A stretch of DNA of 64,000 bases from Candidatus Bathyarchaeia archaeon (GCA_049512935.1 JBEKWR010000005.1:32001-96000); one strand, 5' to 3'; counted from the stretch's first letter, positions 30,695 through 40,220 are shown. The notes: generated from the sequence alone by a model not told the origin. A program made the numbers and translations.

Positions 30695-31606
30695 ATGAAC
30701 TGTAAATACTGCCAAAGCGAAAACGTCACAAAGAAAGGCTTTGTAAAAGGCAAGCAACTTTACAAGTGCAAAGAATGCGGGAAACGCTTCTTTGAGAACG
30801 GCAAGTTCGCCAAGATGAGAACTGACAAGCGCATAATTGTGGCAGCCTTAAACTTCTATTATGATGGCTTAAGCCTAAGGAAAGCAGAACGGAACATACA
30901 GCAAATCTTTGGCGAAACAGTAACTCAAGTTACAATTCTGAATTGGATAAAGAAATACTTAGCACTTGTTAAGGAATTTGTCACCGCTCAAGTTCCACAA
31001 CTCTCAGGCATGTGGCATGAAGACGAAACCATGTTAGGCGTAGAAGGTCGTAATATATGGTTCTGAGAAATGATAGACGAAGACACAAAATTCATGGTTG
31101 CTTCTCACATTTCAAACACAAGAACCTTCGAGAATACAGTTGCAATCTTCAAGAAAGGATTCCAGCAAAGCAAGGTGAAGCCGAGAGCCGTCTTTGTGGA
31201 TGGATGCAACGCTTACCAAGCAGCATTCAATAATGTATTCTACACCATGCGAAAAGACACACGTCCCGAATTAGTTCAAAGAGTTGGCATAAGAGCAAGA
31301 GAGACAAACAATGTAGTTGAGCGTCTGCATGGTACACTCAAAGACAGAACACGGTGTATGAGGGGCTTACACAGCTATGAATCAACAAAACTCTTACTCG
31401 AAGGTTGGAGTGTCCACTACAACTGCGTTAGACCTCACCAAACACTAGGCGGTGAGACACCAGCGCAGGCAGCAAGAATGGAAATCCCCAATACTTGGAA
31501 AGGCTTGATTGACGAAGCAACAAAGCATGAAGCCCAACTCTTAGCCAACGCAACCAAAGCCAACCCACAAACAAACGCTCAAGAAATCGAGGCGAAAGCA
31601 CAATGA
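30695..31606 (+). pseudogene. IS6-like DDE transposase with N-terminal zinc ribbon; in-frame TGA
   Basis: CKYC..CKECGKRF, WHEDET, VFVDG, NNVVERLHGTLKDR, HYNCVRPHQTL; TGA at 31064-31066 splits one frame (NIWF*EMID). Confidence 0.88.
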
Positions 31607-31899
31607 AAAAAGTACTAGTGCTTTACCCGAAGGAATAGTTAACCTGTTAGACGATGAACTAGCGGGAAAACTTTGACGGCAGAAGCGACACATTAAGAAC
31701 TATAATCATGAATTGGCTAGGAGAAAAGGGCTATTTGACAAAGATAGGTGAGCCATGTGAATAAAACTAAGAAAGAGCTTGAAGAAGAGGTTGATTTACT
31801 CAGCACAATGCTTGAAAGCCTAGTTGAACTATTAGAAAGAAAGGCATATTGACGCAAGCCGAATGGGAGAAAAGAATCAAAGAACGAGTAAAAGTTTGA
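31603..31899 (+). pseudogene. Two small frameshifted genes (RHH/CopG-like and a short helical protein)
   Basis: Across shifts: MKKVLV/LPEGIVNLLDDELAGK/DGRSDTLRTIIMNWLGEKGYL; MNKTKKELEEEVDLLSTMLESLVELLE/KGILTQAEWEKRIKERVKV. Confidence 0.6.
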
Positions 31900-31904
31900 A
31901 ATCG

Positions 31905-32990
31905 CTAAGATACCCTAATGTTATGAGCTATAGATTCTAGCTTTTTCATTGAGACAGTATCGACCCCTTCTTTAGTCTGTAAATACTTCTTGACTTTTTC
32001 GTCTCCAATAATCCCTCTCACTTTATATGTTTCTTTAAGTTGCTCAAGCCTATTGTGTTCCTTCAGAGTGTAATAGGTCAAATTCTTTCCAATAGCTTGA
32101 CTTGCAGCCGAGTACGTTGGGTAAACATCATAGGCATAATCTTCTCTAGAGAAAACTTTAGCTCGTGATGAACCTCCTCCAAATCTAGGCTTAGAAGTTA
32201 GCCCCAGAACATCTACATAAGCAAAAATTGAGAGAAAATCATCTGACCTTATAGCATGCTGTTCATATTGTGGGTTTCCAACATTGAATGCAAAAATAAC
32301 TGTTTCGTTTAGTGGTTTTTCATTGTTGATTTCGGTTAGAATGAGCCGAAAATCACCTTCATTAAGAATGATGTCTTTAAAATTTGCATCTATGGCAAAA
32401 GCCTGAATCTCCTGTTCTATGTAGAAATCGATGATTGGTCTAACAAATTTTGGAGGAATAAGAGGTATTGTTCCTACTAATTCTTTTCCATTTCTGAATT
32501 TGTTAGTGTCAATTATTGTTCTCATCATTTTAAGGTAGTCATCTATTTTCCGAATGGAGTAAACTGGAGTTTTGCGAGTGGGAATTATTTCTTGTAACAA
32601 AGCGGCTCTGACAGTAGGTAGAACCATAACGTCTTTGCTCGAACTGTATAGAGCATTAGCCAAGAGCCTAGTAGTTCTTTCGTCTGGAACTCTGTCAAAA
32701 GTCAAATTAAATAAAGTAAGATTTAGTCTGTCAGTGAATTGTTCCCTTTTGATTTCGTACGCAAAAGGCGTAATTCCGCGAGTCTCTAGCTCATTTATGG
32801 ATTTTTTTGTAATTGGTCTAGAAACTTCATTGATTTTGAGAGGGTTCAATCCTTCAGTTGTCTTAGGTCTTCTTTGGGAAACAACAGGTGTTTCGAAAGA
32901 AAAATCACCATTTTGAGCCGATATCTGCTTTTTTACAGATCCCAGTTCATCATCTCTCTCCAATTCGCGGATTTTTAGTATTTGACCCAT
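31905..32990 (-). CDS. Hypothetical protein, possible divergent TGT-like TIM barrel
   Basis: N-terminal KIRELERD...NGDFSFETP, LSIFAYVDVLG, C-terminal KEHNRLEQLKE..VRGII; no DSGG or Zn motif. Confidence 0.55.
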   Translation of the reverse strand: MGQILKIRELERDDELGSVKKQISAQNGDFSFETPVVSQRRPKTTEGLNPLKINEVSRPITKKSINELETRGITPFAYEIKREQFTDRLNLTLFNLTFDRVPDERTTRLLANALYSSSKDVMVLPTVRAALLQEIIPTRKTPVYSIRKIDDYLKMMRTIIDTNKFRNGKELVGTIPLIPPKFVRPIIDFYIEQEIQAFAIDANFKDIILNEGDFRLILTEINNEKPLNETVIFAFNVGNPQYEQHAIRSDDFLSIFAYVDVLGLTSKPRFGGGSSRAKVFSREDYAYDVYPTYSAASQAIGKNLTYYTLKEHNRLEQLKETYKVRGIIGDEKVKKYLQTKEGVDTVSMKKLESIAHNIRVS

Positions 32991-33023
32991 AAGTTATTTA
33001 TATAGAATAACAGAATTTAAAGC

Positions 33024-33587
33024 ATGTCATATATTCTTGATTACAACCTTGAAGAACCATCGAGAAAATGGTCGGTTCTTGTTTTGTCCATAGACGACAG
33101 GTTACACGACAAGGCTATGGACACAATGCACATTCAGAAAGTAATCAGGTATTTTGAGTACCTAAGAGAGACTCACGAAGTTGCTTATTCGGACTTCAAA
33201 TACGGAGCAGTTTCCGATGAGTTGCAGCAAAACTTGGATACTCTCGTTGAATCAGGTCTACTCGATCAAGAAGGAGATTACTATTGCCTAACATTAGAAG
33301 GCGAGGAAGCTGTTAAAGAAATAAGAAAAACTGTTGATCATGATCAACTCAGATTGTTAAATTTTGCAAAACAACAGCTTAATGATTTGCCACTTGATGA
33401 ATTGATGTATTTTCTCTACAAACTCATACCTTCTACACAAAAGAACTCAACAGAATACCCGCGACTGGAACGAAGGCGAAATCAACTAGTCTGTAGCCTA
33501 TTTCGTAAAGGACGTATAAACTCCACAATGGCAGCAAAATGGCTTGGTATCAGCGAGATAGAATTTCTTGACTCACTATCCAGCTAA
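33024..33587 (+). CDS. Putative antitoxin: YwgA/Panacea-like wHTH fused to a UPF0175-like domain
   Basis: HIQKVI..FKYGAVSDELQQNLDTLVESGLL..YCLTLEG; C-terminal LFRKGRINSTMAAKWLGISEIEFLD. Confidence 0.7.
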   Translation: MSYILDYNLEEPSRKWSVLVLSIDDRLHDKAMDTMHIQKVIRYFEYLRETHEVAYSDFKYGAVSDELQQNLDTLVESGLLDQEGDYYCLTLEGEEAVKEIRKTVDHDQLRLLNFAKQQLNDLPLDELMYFLYKLIPSTQKNSTEYPRLERRRNQLVCSLFRKGRINSTMAAKWLGISEIEFLDSLSS

Positions 33588-34083
33588 AGCAAAATATGTC
33601 TTTGATACTTCACCAGCCGTAATGCTCTTAGAAAAGTGCCAACTAAGAAAACAATTGTTACGCTTTGGCGAAAACAACGCTTTAGTCGCTCCTTATCGAG
33701 TCTCAGAAGAATATGCTGTGGGAGACAGCGAAACAACAAAGCCAAATCTTGTTTTGTTTAGAGAAGTTTTTTCTCCTGTTTTTGTCGAAGAAAACCGAGA
33801 GTTGCTAAGATATTTCCACTTCGATAATAGCTCAGGAGAATACTGGGTTATCGCGTATGCTCTCGGTCATCCAGATTTCATATGTGTTATTGATGAATAT
33901 TTTGGAAGAACCATAAGCGGCTATTTTAATGCTAAACTCACGGGAACAATAGGTATTCTGAAAAGAATGAAAGCAGAAAATTGTTTGACACTGGAAGATT
34001 TAGATTGTATAAAAAACACAATTAAGAAAAGCCGATTCTACCTTTCAAAAGACTTGCTCAGAGAATTGGATCAAATAACTTAA
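33568..34083 (+). CDS. PIN-domain (DUF3368/VapC-like) toxin
   Basis: YVFDTSP, GEYWVIAYA, CVIDE, GTIGIL motifs; overlaps the upstream gene. Confidence 0.8.
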   Translation: MTHYPAKAKYVFDTSPAVMLLEKCQLRKQLLRFGENNALVAPYRVSEEYAVGDSETTKPNLVLFREVFSPVFVEENRELLRYFHFDNSSGEYWVIAYALGHPDFICVIDEYFGRTISGYFNAKLTGTIGILKRMKAENCLTLEDLDCIKNTIKKSRFYLSKDLLRELDQIT

Positions 34084-34138
34084 CAATATCGTCACCACAA
34101 AAGACTTAACAGTATCCTATGGATCAATTTGCCGTCAA

Positions 34139-34483
34139 TCAGCAACTCGACTCATGCTTTTCCCGCGCGCGCTTTTCAACTGTGACTCCGCTGGCTTCAG
34201 GCGATAGGTTCTTGGACCAAAAACAGCCTGACCATATCGGGTACGCTGGATCGCCACGCTCAAACTCAACCCAAACATTGGTTCCGATTGCAGGGATGGG
34301 GAAAAACCCAATCCCTTCCGCAGAATAGGGAAGGCATGGAAGAGCCCAACTAGAAGTAAGCGTGTCACCGAAAACCTCAGGTACAATGGCGCGAATGCGA
34401 CATATCATTAATGGATCCTGATTGTCAACAACCACGCCTCTGTATTTTCCAAAAAACTTCTTGCTTGAACTCAAAATGCTCAT
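34139..34483 (-). CDS. Phage baseplate assembly protein V / gp5 N-terminal OB-fold domain (stand-alone)
   Basis: FFGKYRGVVVDNQDP..RIRAIVP, WALPCLP, PAIGTNVWVEFERGDPAYPIWSG. Confidence 0.85.
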   Translation of the reverse strand: MSILSSSKKFFGKYRGVVVDNQDPLMICRIRAIVPEVFGDTLTSSWALPCLPYSAEGIGFFPIPAIGTNVWVEFERGDPAYPIWSGCFWSKNLSPEASGVTVEKRAREKHESSC

Positions 34484-34639
34484 CTTCTTAATTCACAAAT
34501 ATTATGCCCTTGATCGTTTTAAAGTGTTACTTGATCCGAATTGAGCCTTAGGGCACGCACGCAGATGTTACCGACAGCGCCCGTGCTTGAAACCGTCGTT
34601 CAGACCTTAAGCATGGTTTTCTTCAATTCAGTCGATTGC

Positions 34640-35058
34640 TTAGGTCAGTTCAGCTGTTCCATCCTGCTGTGTTTTTAACGGTTGCATGTGTTTTTGGAGA
34701 AAACCAAAGTTTTGTGCACGGAAAAGGTGGCTGCTGCATTTGCAGTCTGAGCAGCCGAACCCCGCGATTGGCTGGGCGTTTGCCCCTAGCAAGCTGGCGA
34801 TTTCGCACTCTTTAGCTTTAAGACCAGCACTGCAGAAGACCGCTATTACATTTGCTGCTTCGCTGCCTAGAAAGTAGTCGATGTGCCAGAACAACCGTTT
34901 CTCTTTCTTCGATGCCTTGCCACCCGAAGCTCCAAGTTGCTTTGAGCTGAGCCAACATAAGCGTATAAACCCTCAGCGAAGGCTATCTCTCCTAAGGCGC
35001 CGATTTTGATGAGGACAGCTTTGTTGATTCGGATGATCAGTACATAGACGCCTTTCAA
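34640..35058 (-). pseudogene. GIY-YIG (DUF123/Uri) endonuclease, frameshifted
   Basis: KGVYVL..YAYVGSA..RVARH continues in another frame as FWHIDY..ECEIA..GFGCSDCKCSSHLF; shift near 34900. Confidence 0.85.
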
Positions 35059-35094
35059 CTGCTTCGCCGCAGAGAAAAAACAGTTTTTAAGGCT

Positions 35095-37173
35095 TTAATG
35101 TTTTTCTTCTTTTAGCCCGAGCTGTTGAAGCATCAGCTCAGTGCTGTTGGTTGGTGGAAGGCATGTTTGGTTTCGGCACACGTAAGCAGTGGCGTTGCCT
35201 TCGATTTGCTGGTAACCCAAGCCAGCCTTGTCGGGAAGCTTAAGCGCGGTTATCGTGGTTGGCAGGTAATGTTGCCTAAGCGCCTTGAGCATTTCTTGAG
35301 TGTCCTTTGCGTTTAGTTCGCCGACTACCGTGACGCTGTAGAATGGGCCAAGCTGAAAGTCAACTGCTGAAAGAAAGAATGTGAAGGCGTCGGGTGCTCC
35401 TTCGACTTCTTCCGCGAAGGTTTTAGTCATCTGGGTTGCCATCTGCTCATACGTGGGCTGGTCCGTTAATCGGCTGAGCCACAGCAGGTCATGCAGCGCC
35501 ACCGAGTTTCCCGATGGAGTTGCGCCGTCATAGAGCTGTTTGATTTTCGGCATTCCATGCTGATTGCCTTGTGTCTGGTAGAATCCGCCGTTTTGCTGGT
35601 CCCAAAACTTGCTCACCATGTTTTTTGTCAGGTCGGCGGCGGCTTGAAGGTACACGTCGTTGAACGTTGCCTCGTACAGCTGTATGAGCCCATACACAGT
35701 GCAGGCATAGTCGTCTAGAAACCCCTCTACAGCCACCTCGCCTTTCGCGTAACGATGATACAACACATCACCTTTCCGCATATTGTTTAACATAAAGTCT
35801 GCTGTCTTGGACGCTGCCTCAAGATACTCTGCGCTGCCGAAAACGACGCCAGCTCTGGCTAAAGCCGCAATCATTAAGCCGTTCCAGTCGGCTAAGACCT
35901 TGTCATCTATCGCTGGAGCGACACGCTTTTGTCTGGCTTTAAAAAGGGCGTTTCGGATTTTTCCCATCTGCATGATTAATTCATCGACGCTTAAGCCCTT
36001 GTACGCGGCAAGGTCTTCAAGGGGTTCTGCTATGTGCAGAATGTTTTTGCCGTTTGTATGCCTTGTTTCGCTAATGTAGTTGCCTTCGGGTTTCAAGCCG
36101 TAGAGGTGAACTGCCAACTCTGCATCCGCAGGAGATAAAACATCGAGTACTTCGTCGACGGTCCAGATGTAAAACTTGCCTTCTTCCCCCTCCGAGTCAG
36201 CGTCTTGAGCCGAATAAAACCCGCCTCCGTCTCCTGCAGACAGGTCGCGAAGGACGTACTCCAAAGTCTCTTTTGCCGAAATCTTGAACTTGGGGGAACC
36301 CGTCGCCTGATACGCCTCAACATACGCCAGCGTCAGCAACGCCTGGTCGTAAAGCATCTTTTCAAAATGAGGAACCAGCCATTCCGGGTCAGTGCTGTAC
36401 CTGTGAAAACCAAAACCGAGTTGGTCAAAAATTCCGCCCAAACGCATCTGGCGCAGAGTATTTTCAGCCATAGAAAGCGCGGTTTTTTCCCCAGTGTGTG
36501 CATAGCGGCGCAGAAGATACAGGAGCTTGTGCGGCGTGGGAAACTTCGGCGCAAACCCGAACCCGCCGTTTTCCTTGTCGTAATCCAGCTTAAGGCGGTC
36601 AAATCCGTCCTGCAAGACCTCAGCGTTGAGTTGGTTTTGGGGCGCTCGTTTCTCGACGGCTTCTATGCGCGCTTTGATATCTGCACCGACCATTTCCATT
36701 TGGGAACGCTGCATTTTCCATATTTGCGTGACCTGCGGCACAAGGTCAAACATGCCGATTATGCCTGGTCGACTGTGTTTAGGTATATAGCTTTGGGCAA
36801 AGAACGGGTTTAGCTTGGGTGTCATTATTATGTTGAGGGGCCAGCCGCAATTTCTGCCCATGGCTTGACACACAGCCATGTATTGAGCGTCAAGGTCGGG
36901 TCTTTCTTCACGGTCAACTTTAATGCACACGAACGCTTGGTTCAGCAGGTCGGCGACTTGCTGGTCGCTGAAGCACTCCATTTCCATCACGTGGCACCAG
37001 TGGCAAGTCGAGTAGCCTATGCTGAGAAAGACTGGTTTGTCTTCAGCCTGCGCATTGTCTAAAGCTTCTTGGCTCCAAGGATACCAGTCCACAGGGTTGT
37101 AGGCGTGCTGGAGAAGGTACGGGCTTTTTTCCTTGATAAGCCTGTTAGGTTTGGGTTCTGGTTTTTGCTGCAT
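35095..37173 (-). CDS. Thioredoxin-domain protein YyaL/SSP411
   Basis: [42 protein letters not shown] motifs. Confidence 0.96.
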   Translation of the reverse strand: MQQKPEPKPNRLIKEKSPYLLQHAYNPVDWYPWSQEALDNAQAEDKPVFLSIGYSTCHWCHVMEMECFSDQQVADLLNQAFVCIKVDREERPDLDAQYMAVCQAMGRNCGWPLNIIMTPKLNPFFAQSYIPKHSRPGIIGMFDLVPQVTQIWKMQRSQMEMVGADIKARIEAVEKRAPQNQLNAEVLQDGFDRLKLDYDKENGGFGFAPKFPTPHKLLYLLRRYAHTGEKTALSMAENTLRQMRLGGIFDQLGFGFHRYSTDPEWLVPHFEKMLYDQALLTLAYVEAYQATGSPKFKISAKETLEYVLRDLSAGDGGGFYSAQDADSEGEEGKFYIWTVDEVLDVLSPADAELAVHLYGLKPEGNYISETRHTNGKNILHIAEPLEDLAAYKGLSVDELIMQMGKIRNALFKARQKRVAPAIDDKVLADWNGLMIAALARAGVVFGSAEYLEAASKTADFMLNNMRKGDVLYHRYAKGEVAVEGFLDDYACTVYGLIQLYEATFNDVYLQAAADLTKNMVSKFWDQQNGGFYQTQGNQHGMPKIKQLYDGATPSGNSVALHDLLWLSRLTDQPTYEQMATQMTKTFAEEVEGAPDAFTFFLSAVDFQLGPFYSVTVVGELNAKDTQEMLKALRQHYLPTTITALKLPDKAGLGYQQIEGNATAYVCRNQTCLPPTNSTELMLQQLGLKEEKH

Positions 37174-37338
37174 AAAACTTGCGCTTCCTGCTTTCAGTAT
37201 AAGTTTAGTGCCTTTTATTAACCGTTAAGGTTTTTGGTTTAGACTGTTTTCTGTTTTTGCCTTTTTTTGATTCAAGAGCAAGAAATTGAATTATTCGCTA
37301 GGTTGCCTAAGTGGCGTGAAAAGCGAAGGGAACTATTT

Positions 37339-37608
37339 TTAATAATAGTAGAGTGGGTGACGTTTGCGGGTTGATGAGAGAAGACCAAGCAACAAAAAAA
37401 CTGCGCCGATTAAAGCAACAAAGCAGCCTACCAACAATTCAACGCTAGAACCTGACAGCGCCGATGATGAATCAAAAGAGCTCTGCTGCGTCACGCCTGC
37501 CGATGCCCAGCAAAGAACGAGTCCTATAATTAGAACAATGAACCCGAAAAATGCAAGGTACACATTTAATGACCAATTATTCAAACGGCTCATTGTCCCA
37601 CGGCTCAT
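37339..37608 (-). CDS. Small two-TM membrane protein
   Basis: Two hydrophobic helices and a basic tail. Confidence 0.65.
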   Translation of the reverse strand: MSRGTMSRLNNWSLNVYLAFFGFIVLIIGLVLCWASAGVTQQSSFDSSSALSGSSVELLVGCFVALIGAVFLLLGLLSSTRKRHPLYYY

Positions 37609-37750
37609 GTTCTCCTATTTTTGAAAGTTAAGCTTTATGAATTATAAAGCCAGAAGTCGCGAAGCCTCAGAATCCCCTCTTGGGGGGTTGGGTGAGTTCG
37701 TAGGTTCTGAAAAAATCTGAATTGTTAAGACGGGATTTGCGGGGAGTTAC

Positions 37751-37759
37751 TTTAATATA
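37751..37759 (+). promoter_or_regulatory. TATA box of the queT transcript
   Basis: TTTAATATA about 30 nt upstream of the riboswitch-like element. Confidence 0.55.
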
Positions 37760-37786
37760 TCTCTGATGAGATAATTTTGTTCCTTC

Positions 37787-37824
37787 GGTAGTTTCCGTAT
37801 ATAACCTACCTTAAAAAACCCGGG
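37787..37824 (+). ncRNA. Candidate class I preQ1 riboswitch
   Basis: P1 GGUAG/CUACC, loop UUUCCGUAUAUAAC, A-rich tail UUAAAAAA, pseudoknot UCCG/CGGG; directly upstream of queT. Confidence 0.75.
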
Positions 37825-38325
37825 TTGAATGAAATGAAATTGAATGCTAAGAGTTTAGCTGTTATGGCTATCTTTGCCGCTTTGTATGCGGTTGGAGTTA
37901 TTGTATTGGCGCCGATAAGCTTCAGTATCGTCCAAGTAAGAGTTGCAGATGCATTATTGCCGTTGGCTATGATTTTTGGGTTGCCAAGCGCTTTGGGTCT
38001 TAGTTTAGGATGTATAGTTTCAAATGTCTATGGAGGGCTTGGAGTAATTGACATTGTTGGGGGAGCAGCCGCAAATCTTGTTGCTTGCACTTTGGCATGG
38101 TACATTGGAAGAAAAGGAAACGGACTTCAACGATTTACAGGAACTGTTGCAGAAACAGTAGCTGTCACTTTGATTGTTGGAGGATACCTATCGATTATAT
38201 TTCAAGTGCCACTGGAGTTCAGTCTATTGGGATTATCCATAGGGGAAATAATTGCCATAAACCTCATCGGGTTTCCTCTGCAGGAAGTCATAAGAAAAAG
38301 CAAAATTTTCAGCAAATTCACCTAA
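37825..38325 (+). CDS. queT: QueT-family 7-deazaguanine precursor transporter (likely ATG at 37834)
   Basis: AIFAALY..LAPISFSIVQVRVADAL..GLSLGCIVSN..G..DIVGG..GEIIA signature. Confidence 0.9.
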   Translation: MNEMKLNAKSLAVMAIFAALYAVGVIVLAPISFSIVQVRVADALLPLAMIFGLPSALGLSLGCIVSNVYGGLGVIDIVGGAAANLVACTLAWYIGRKGNGLQRFTGTVAETVAVTLIVGGYLSIIFQVPLEFSLLGLSIGEIIAINLIGFPLQEVIRKSKIFSKFT

Positions 38326-38359
38326 AAATGGTGCCCAAAGGATAGAAAACGCGGTTTCT

Positions 38360-38935
38360 TTATTTTTGTAGCTGGCAGTTTTTTATGCATTCTACCAGTG
38401 ACCTGAGGTTTTGCACACTTTTGTCTAGAGTGACGAAGTTTTCGATTTCGCCTATTGCGCTGCCTGGAATAATTACGATTACCTTGCTCAGGAAGGGTCT
38501 GCTGAACCCGAGTTCCATAGCAGCTTTATCATTCAAGGCAACCTGCAAGCCATTGACTCTCCAGTTGTCCAAATCCACATCTACCCCATCGACTTCTCCC
38601 AAAACCTCGCCATTTGGGCTGAATACTTTTTTGCCTTCGACTTTGACATTATCTACCTGCATCTCTTTTTCCGCGATATCTTTGAGGTTTCTTATCGGTT
38701 CCTTGAGTTCTATCACGTCGCCGACTGCCTTGATTAATTCAGTTGGTAGGCACACCATTATTTTTCGTAGAAATTGCTTTTTCATGTCGAGTTCTGCTGC
38801 CGCTTCATCGCTGAGGATGACGTAGAAGGCGGTGGCTTGCCACGCGTCGAAGTCAAAATGCAGATCATTGATTTCTCCCAGGATATAGCCTTCGGTTCCG
38901 ACAACTTTTTTTGCTTTTAACAGTACAGGATTCAT
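38360..38935 (-). CDS. Tandem PRC-barrel protein
   Basis: Two repeats KKVVGTEGYILGEIND / KKVFSPNGEVLGEVDG. Confidence 0.85.
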   Translation of the reverse strand: MNPVLLKAKKVVGTEGYILGEINDLHFDFDAWQATAFYVILSDEAAAELDMKKQFLRKIMVCLPTELIKAVGDVIELKEPIRNLKDIAEKEMQVDNVKVEGKKVFSPNGEVLGEVDGVDVDLDNWRVNGLQVALNDKAAMELGFSRPFLSKVIVIIPGSAIGEIENFVTLDKSVQNLRSLVECIKNCQLQK

Positions 38936-39041
38936 CGGGTTTCACTCTCTTGGTTATTTCAGCTGTTTCAAGAATAAATAATTTGCTTAAGTGCCAGCCC
39001 GTCAAGCTGGGGCGAGGCGGGAACCTTAGAGACTTGGCAGC

Positions 39042-39245
39042 TTAAATCTTCTTTATTTGGGTTGCTTGCCTATCAATTCTTCTAAAGATAAAGTTAGCAA
39101 CCAGCCCCACCAAAAGGCCACCGATGAGGAATTCGATCAGATTTAGGAATCTGAAGGGTGGCTCATACAAGATTAGAAGAAGAATCACCAGTACGAGACC
39201 TACTATACCAACGATACGCTTCTTCCTGCGGGCAGCCTCATCCAT
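39042..39245 (-). CDS. Small two-TM membrane protein
   Basis: MDEAARRKKRIVGIVGLVLV...; start chosen at ATG 39245. Confidence 0.6.
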   Translation of the reverse strand: MDEAARRKKRIVGIVGLVLVILLLILYEPPFRFLNLIEFLIGGLLVGLVANFIFRRIDRQATQIKKI

Positions 39246-39458
39246 CTGTGTAATCCCAACCTCAACAATCCACCAATAGCCTATAATCATTGCTGCTAGT
39301 GCATAGGGAAAAGGAAGGCACGTTTTGTCCTTTACGTTCGGGTTGATTTCCACCTTTCCGTTTGAGTCTTTTTCGCGGGTTACCACTTTCACGTTGCAAC
39401 CGACCCTTAACGTCTCTTCACGACTTTTCCCGTCACTTCTGAAAGAACACAATCAAGG

Positions 39459-40220
39459 TTATGACGCCATTTTGTTAAGCGACCTCAAACCCCACAAGAA
39501 CACGAGAACAGCAAGCACGCCTATTATTACGAATCCTTCTACTATTGCAACGTTCGAAAAGTTCCCAGCGAACAATGCACGGGTCGCGTTGACCGCGTAG
39601 GAGAACGGGTTAACCTTCGAGGCGTCTTGAAGCCAAATCGGCGCGAGCGCCAAGGGAAGAATGATGCCTGACAGCAGGGAAACGGGAAGGGTTATGGTGT
39701 TCAGCGTCGGCGCAAGAGGGTCTTCAATCTTGTAGATAAGCGCGAAACCGTATGAAATAGACGCCATGGTGATTCCGATCAGAGCGTACAGCAGCAGAGA
39801 GAGCAAGAACCCGTAAATATTTATGCTAAGCCCAAACGGAATAGCAACCAGTGTAATTAGGACGCATTGAAGAAGCAGGATTATTGCATCCCTTAGAACC
39901 CTGCCTAAAAGAATGGCGGGTCGTTTCACTGGGGTGACTAAGAATCGTTCTATAACTCCAGTTCTTATATCGTCAATAAGTGAGAATCCGACGAAGGCTG
40001 TGCCGAAGAGCGCTTGCAGAACAAGAAGTCCAGGAATGAAAACATCTACTGCTTTTCCAGGGGGAATACCAGGAACGCTGCCAAGCCCGTTAAGGAGCGG
40101 CATAAACAAGATCAAGTACATGAGCGGCTGGAACATGCTTACGAAAACAAAAACTGGGCTCCTCAGCGTGTGTTGCATGTTGCGGATAAACATCAATTTA
40201 GTGTCGCGTAGAAATGTCAT
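39459..40220 (-). CDS. ABC-2 transporter permease (DrrB-like)
   Basis: FIPGLL, GVIERFLVTP, NPFSYAV motifs. Confidence 0.93.
   Translation of the reverse strand: MTFLRDTKLMFIRNMQHTLRSPVFVFVSMFQPLMYLILFMPLLNGLGSVPGIPPGKAVDVFIPGLLVLQALFGTAFVGFSLIDDIRTGVIERFLVTPVKRPAILLGRVLRDAIILLLQCVLITLVAIPFGLSINIYGFLLSLLLYALIGITMASISYGFALIYKIEDPLAPTLNTITLPVSLLSGIILPLALAPIWLQDASKVNPFSYAVNATRALFAGNFSNVAIVEGFVIIGVLAVLVFLWGLRSLNKMAS

Larger units (their letters stand above)
28230..34580. mobile_element. AT-rich accessory/defence-like island
   Basis: Visibly AT-richer than flanks; ParB, transposase, TA and baseplate-like genes; TACCGACAG at both edges. Confidence 0.65.

Noticed and set aside
31064-31066. TGA recoding (Sec or Trp) in the transposase
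   Set aside because: TGA ends normal genes here (thrC, hom, lysK) and neighbouring genes are also decayed, so a nonsense mutation is simpler.
37785-37791. Minus-strand CTACCGA core overlapping the riboswitch P1 as an alternative explanation
   Set aside because: Only the 7-nt core matches. It does not account for the P1 complement, UAAC loop end, A-tract, pseudoknot or the queT context.
38990-39040. Small GC-rich stem (ccagc..gctgg) as tRNA or SRP fragment
   Set aside because: No T-loop, anticodon arm or SRP motifs; too short to support a call.
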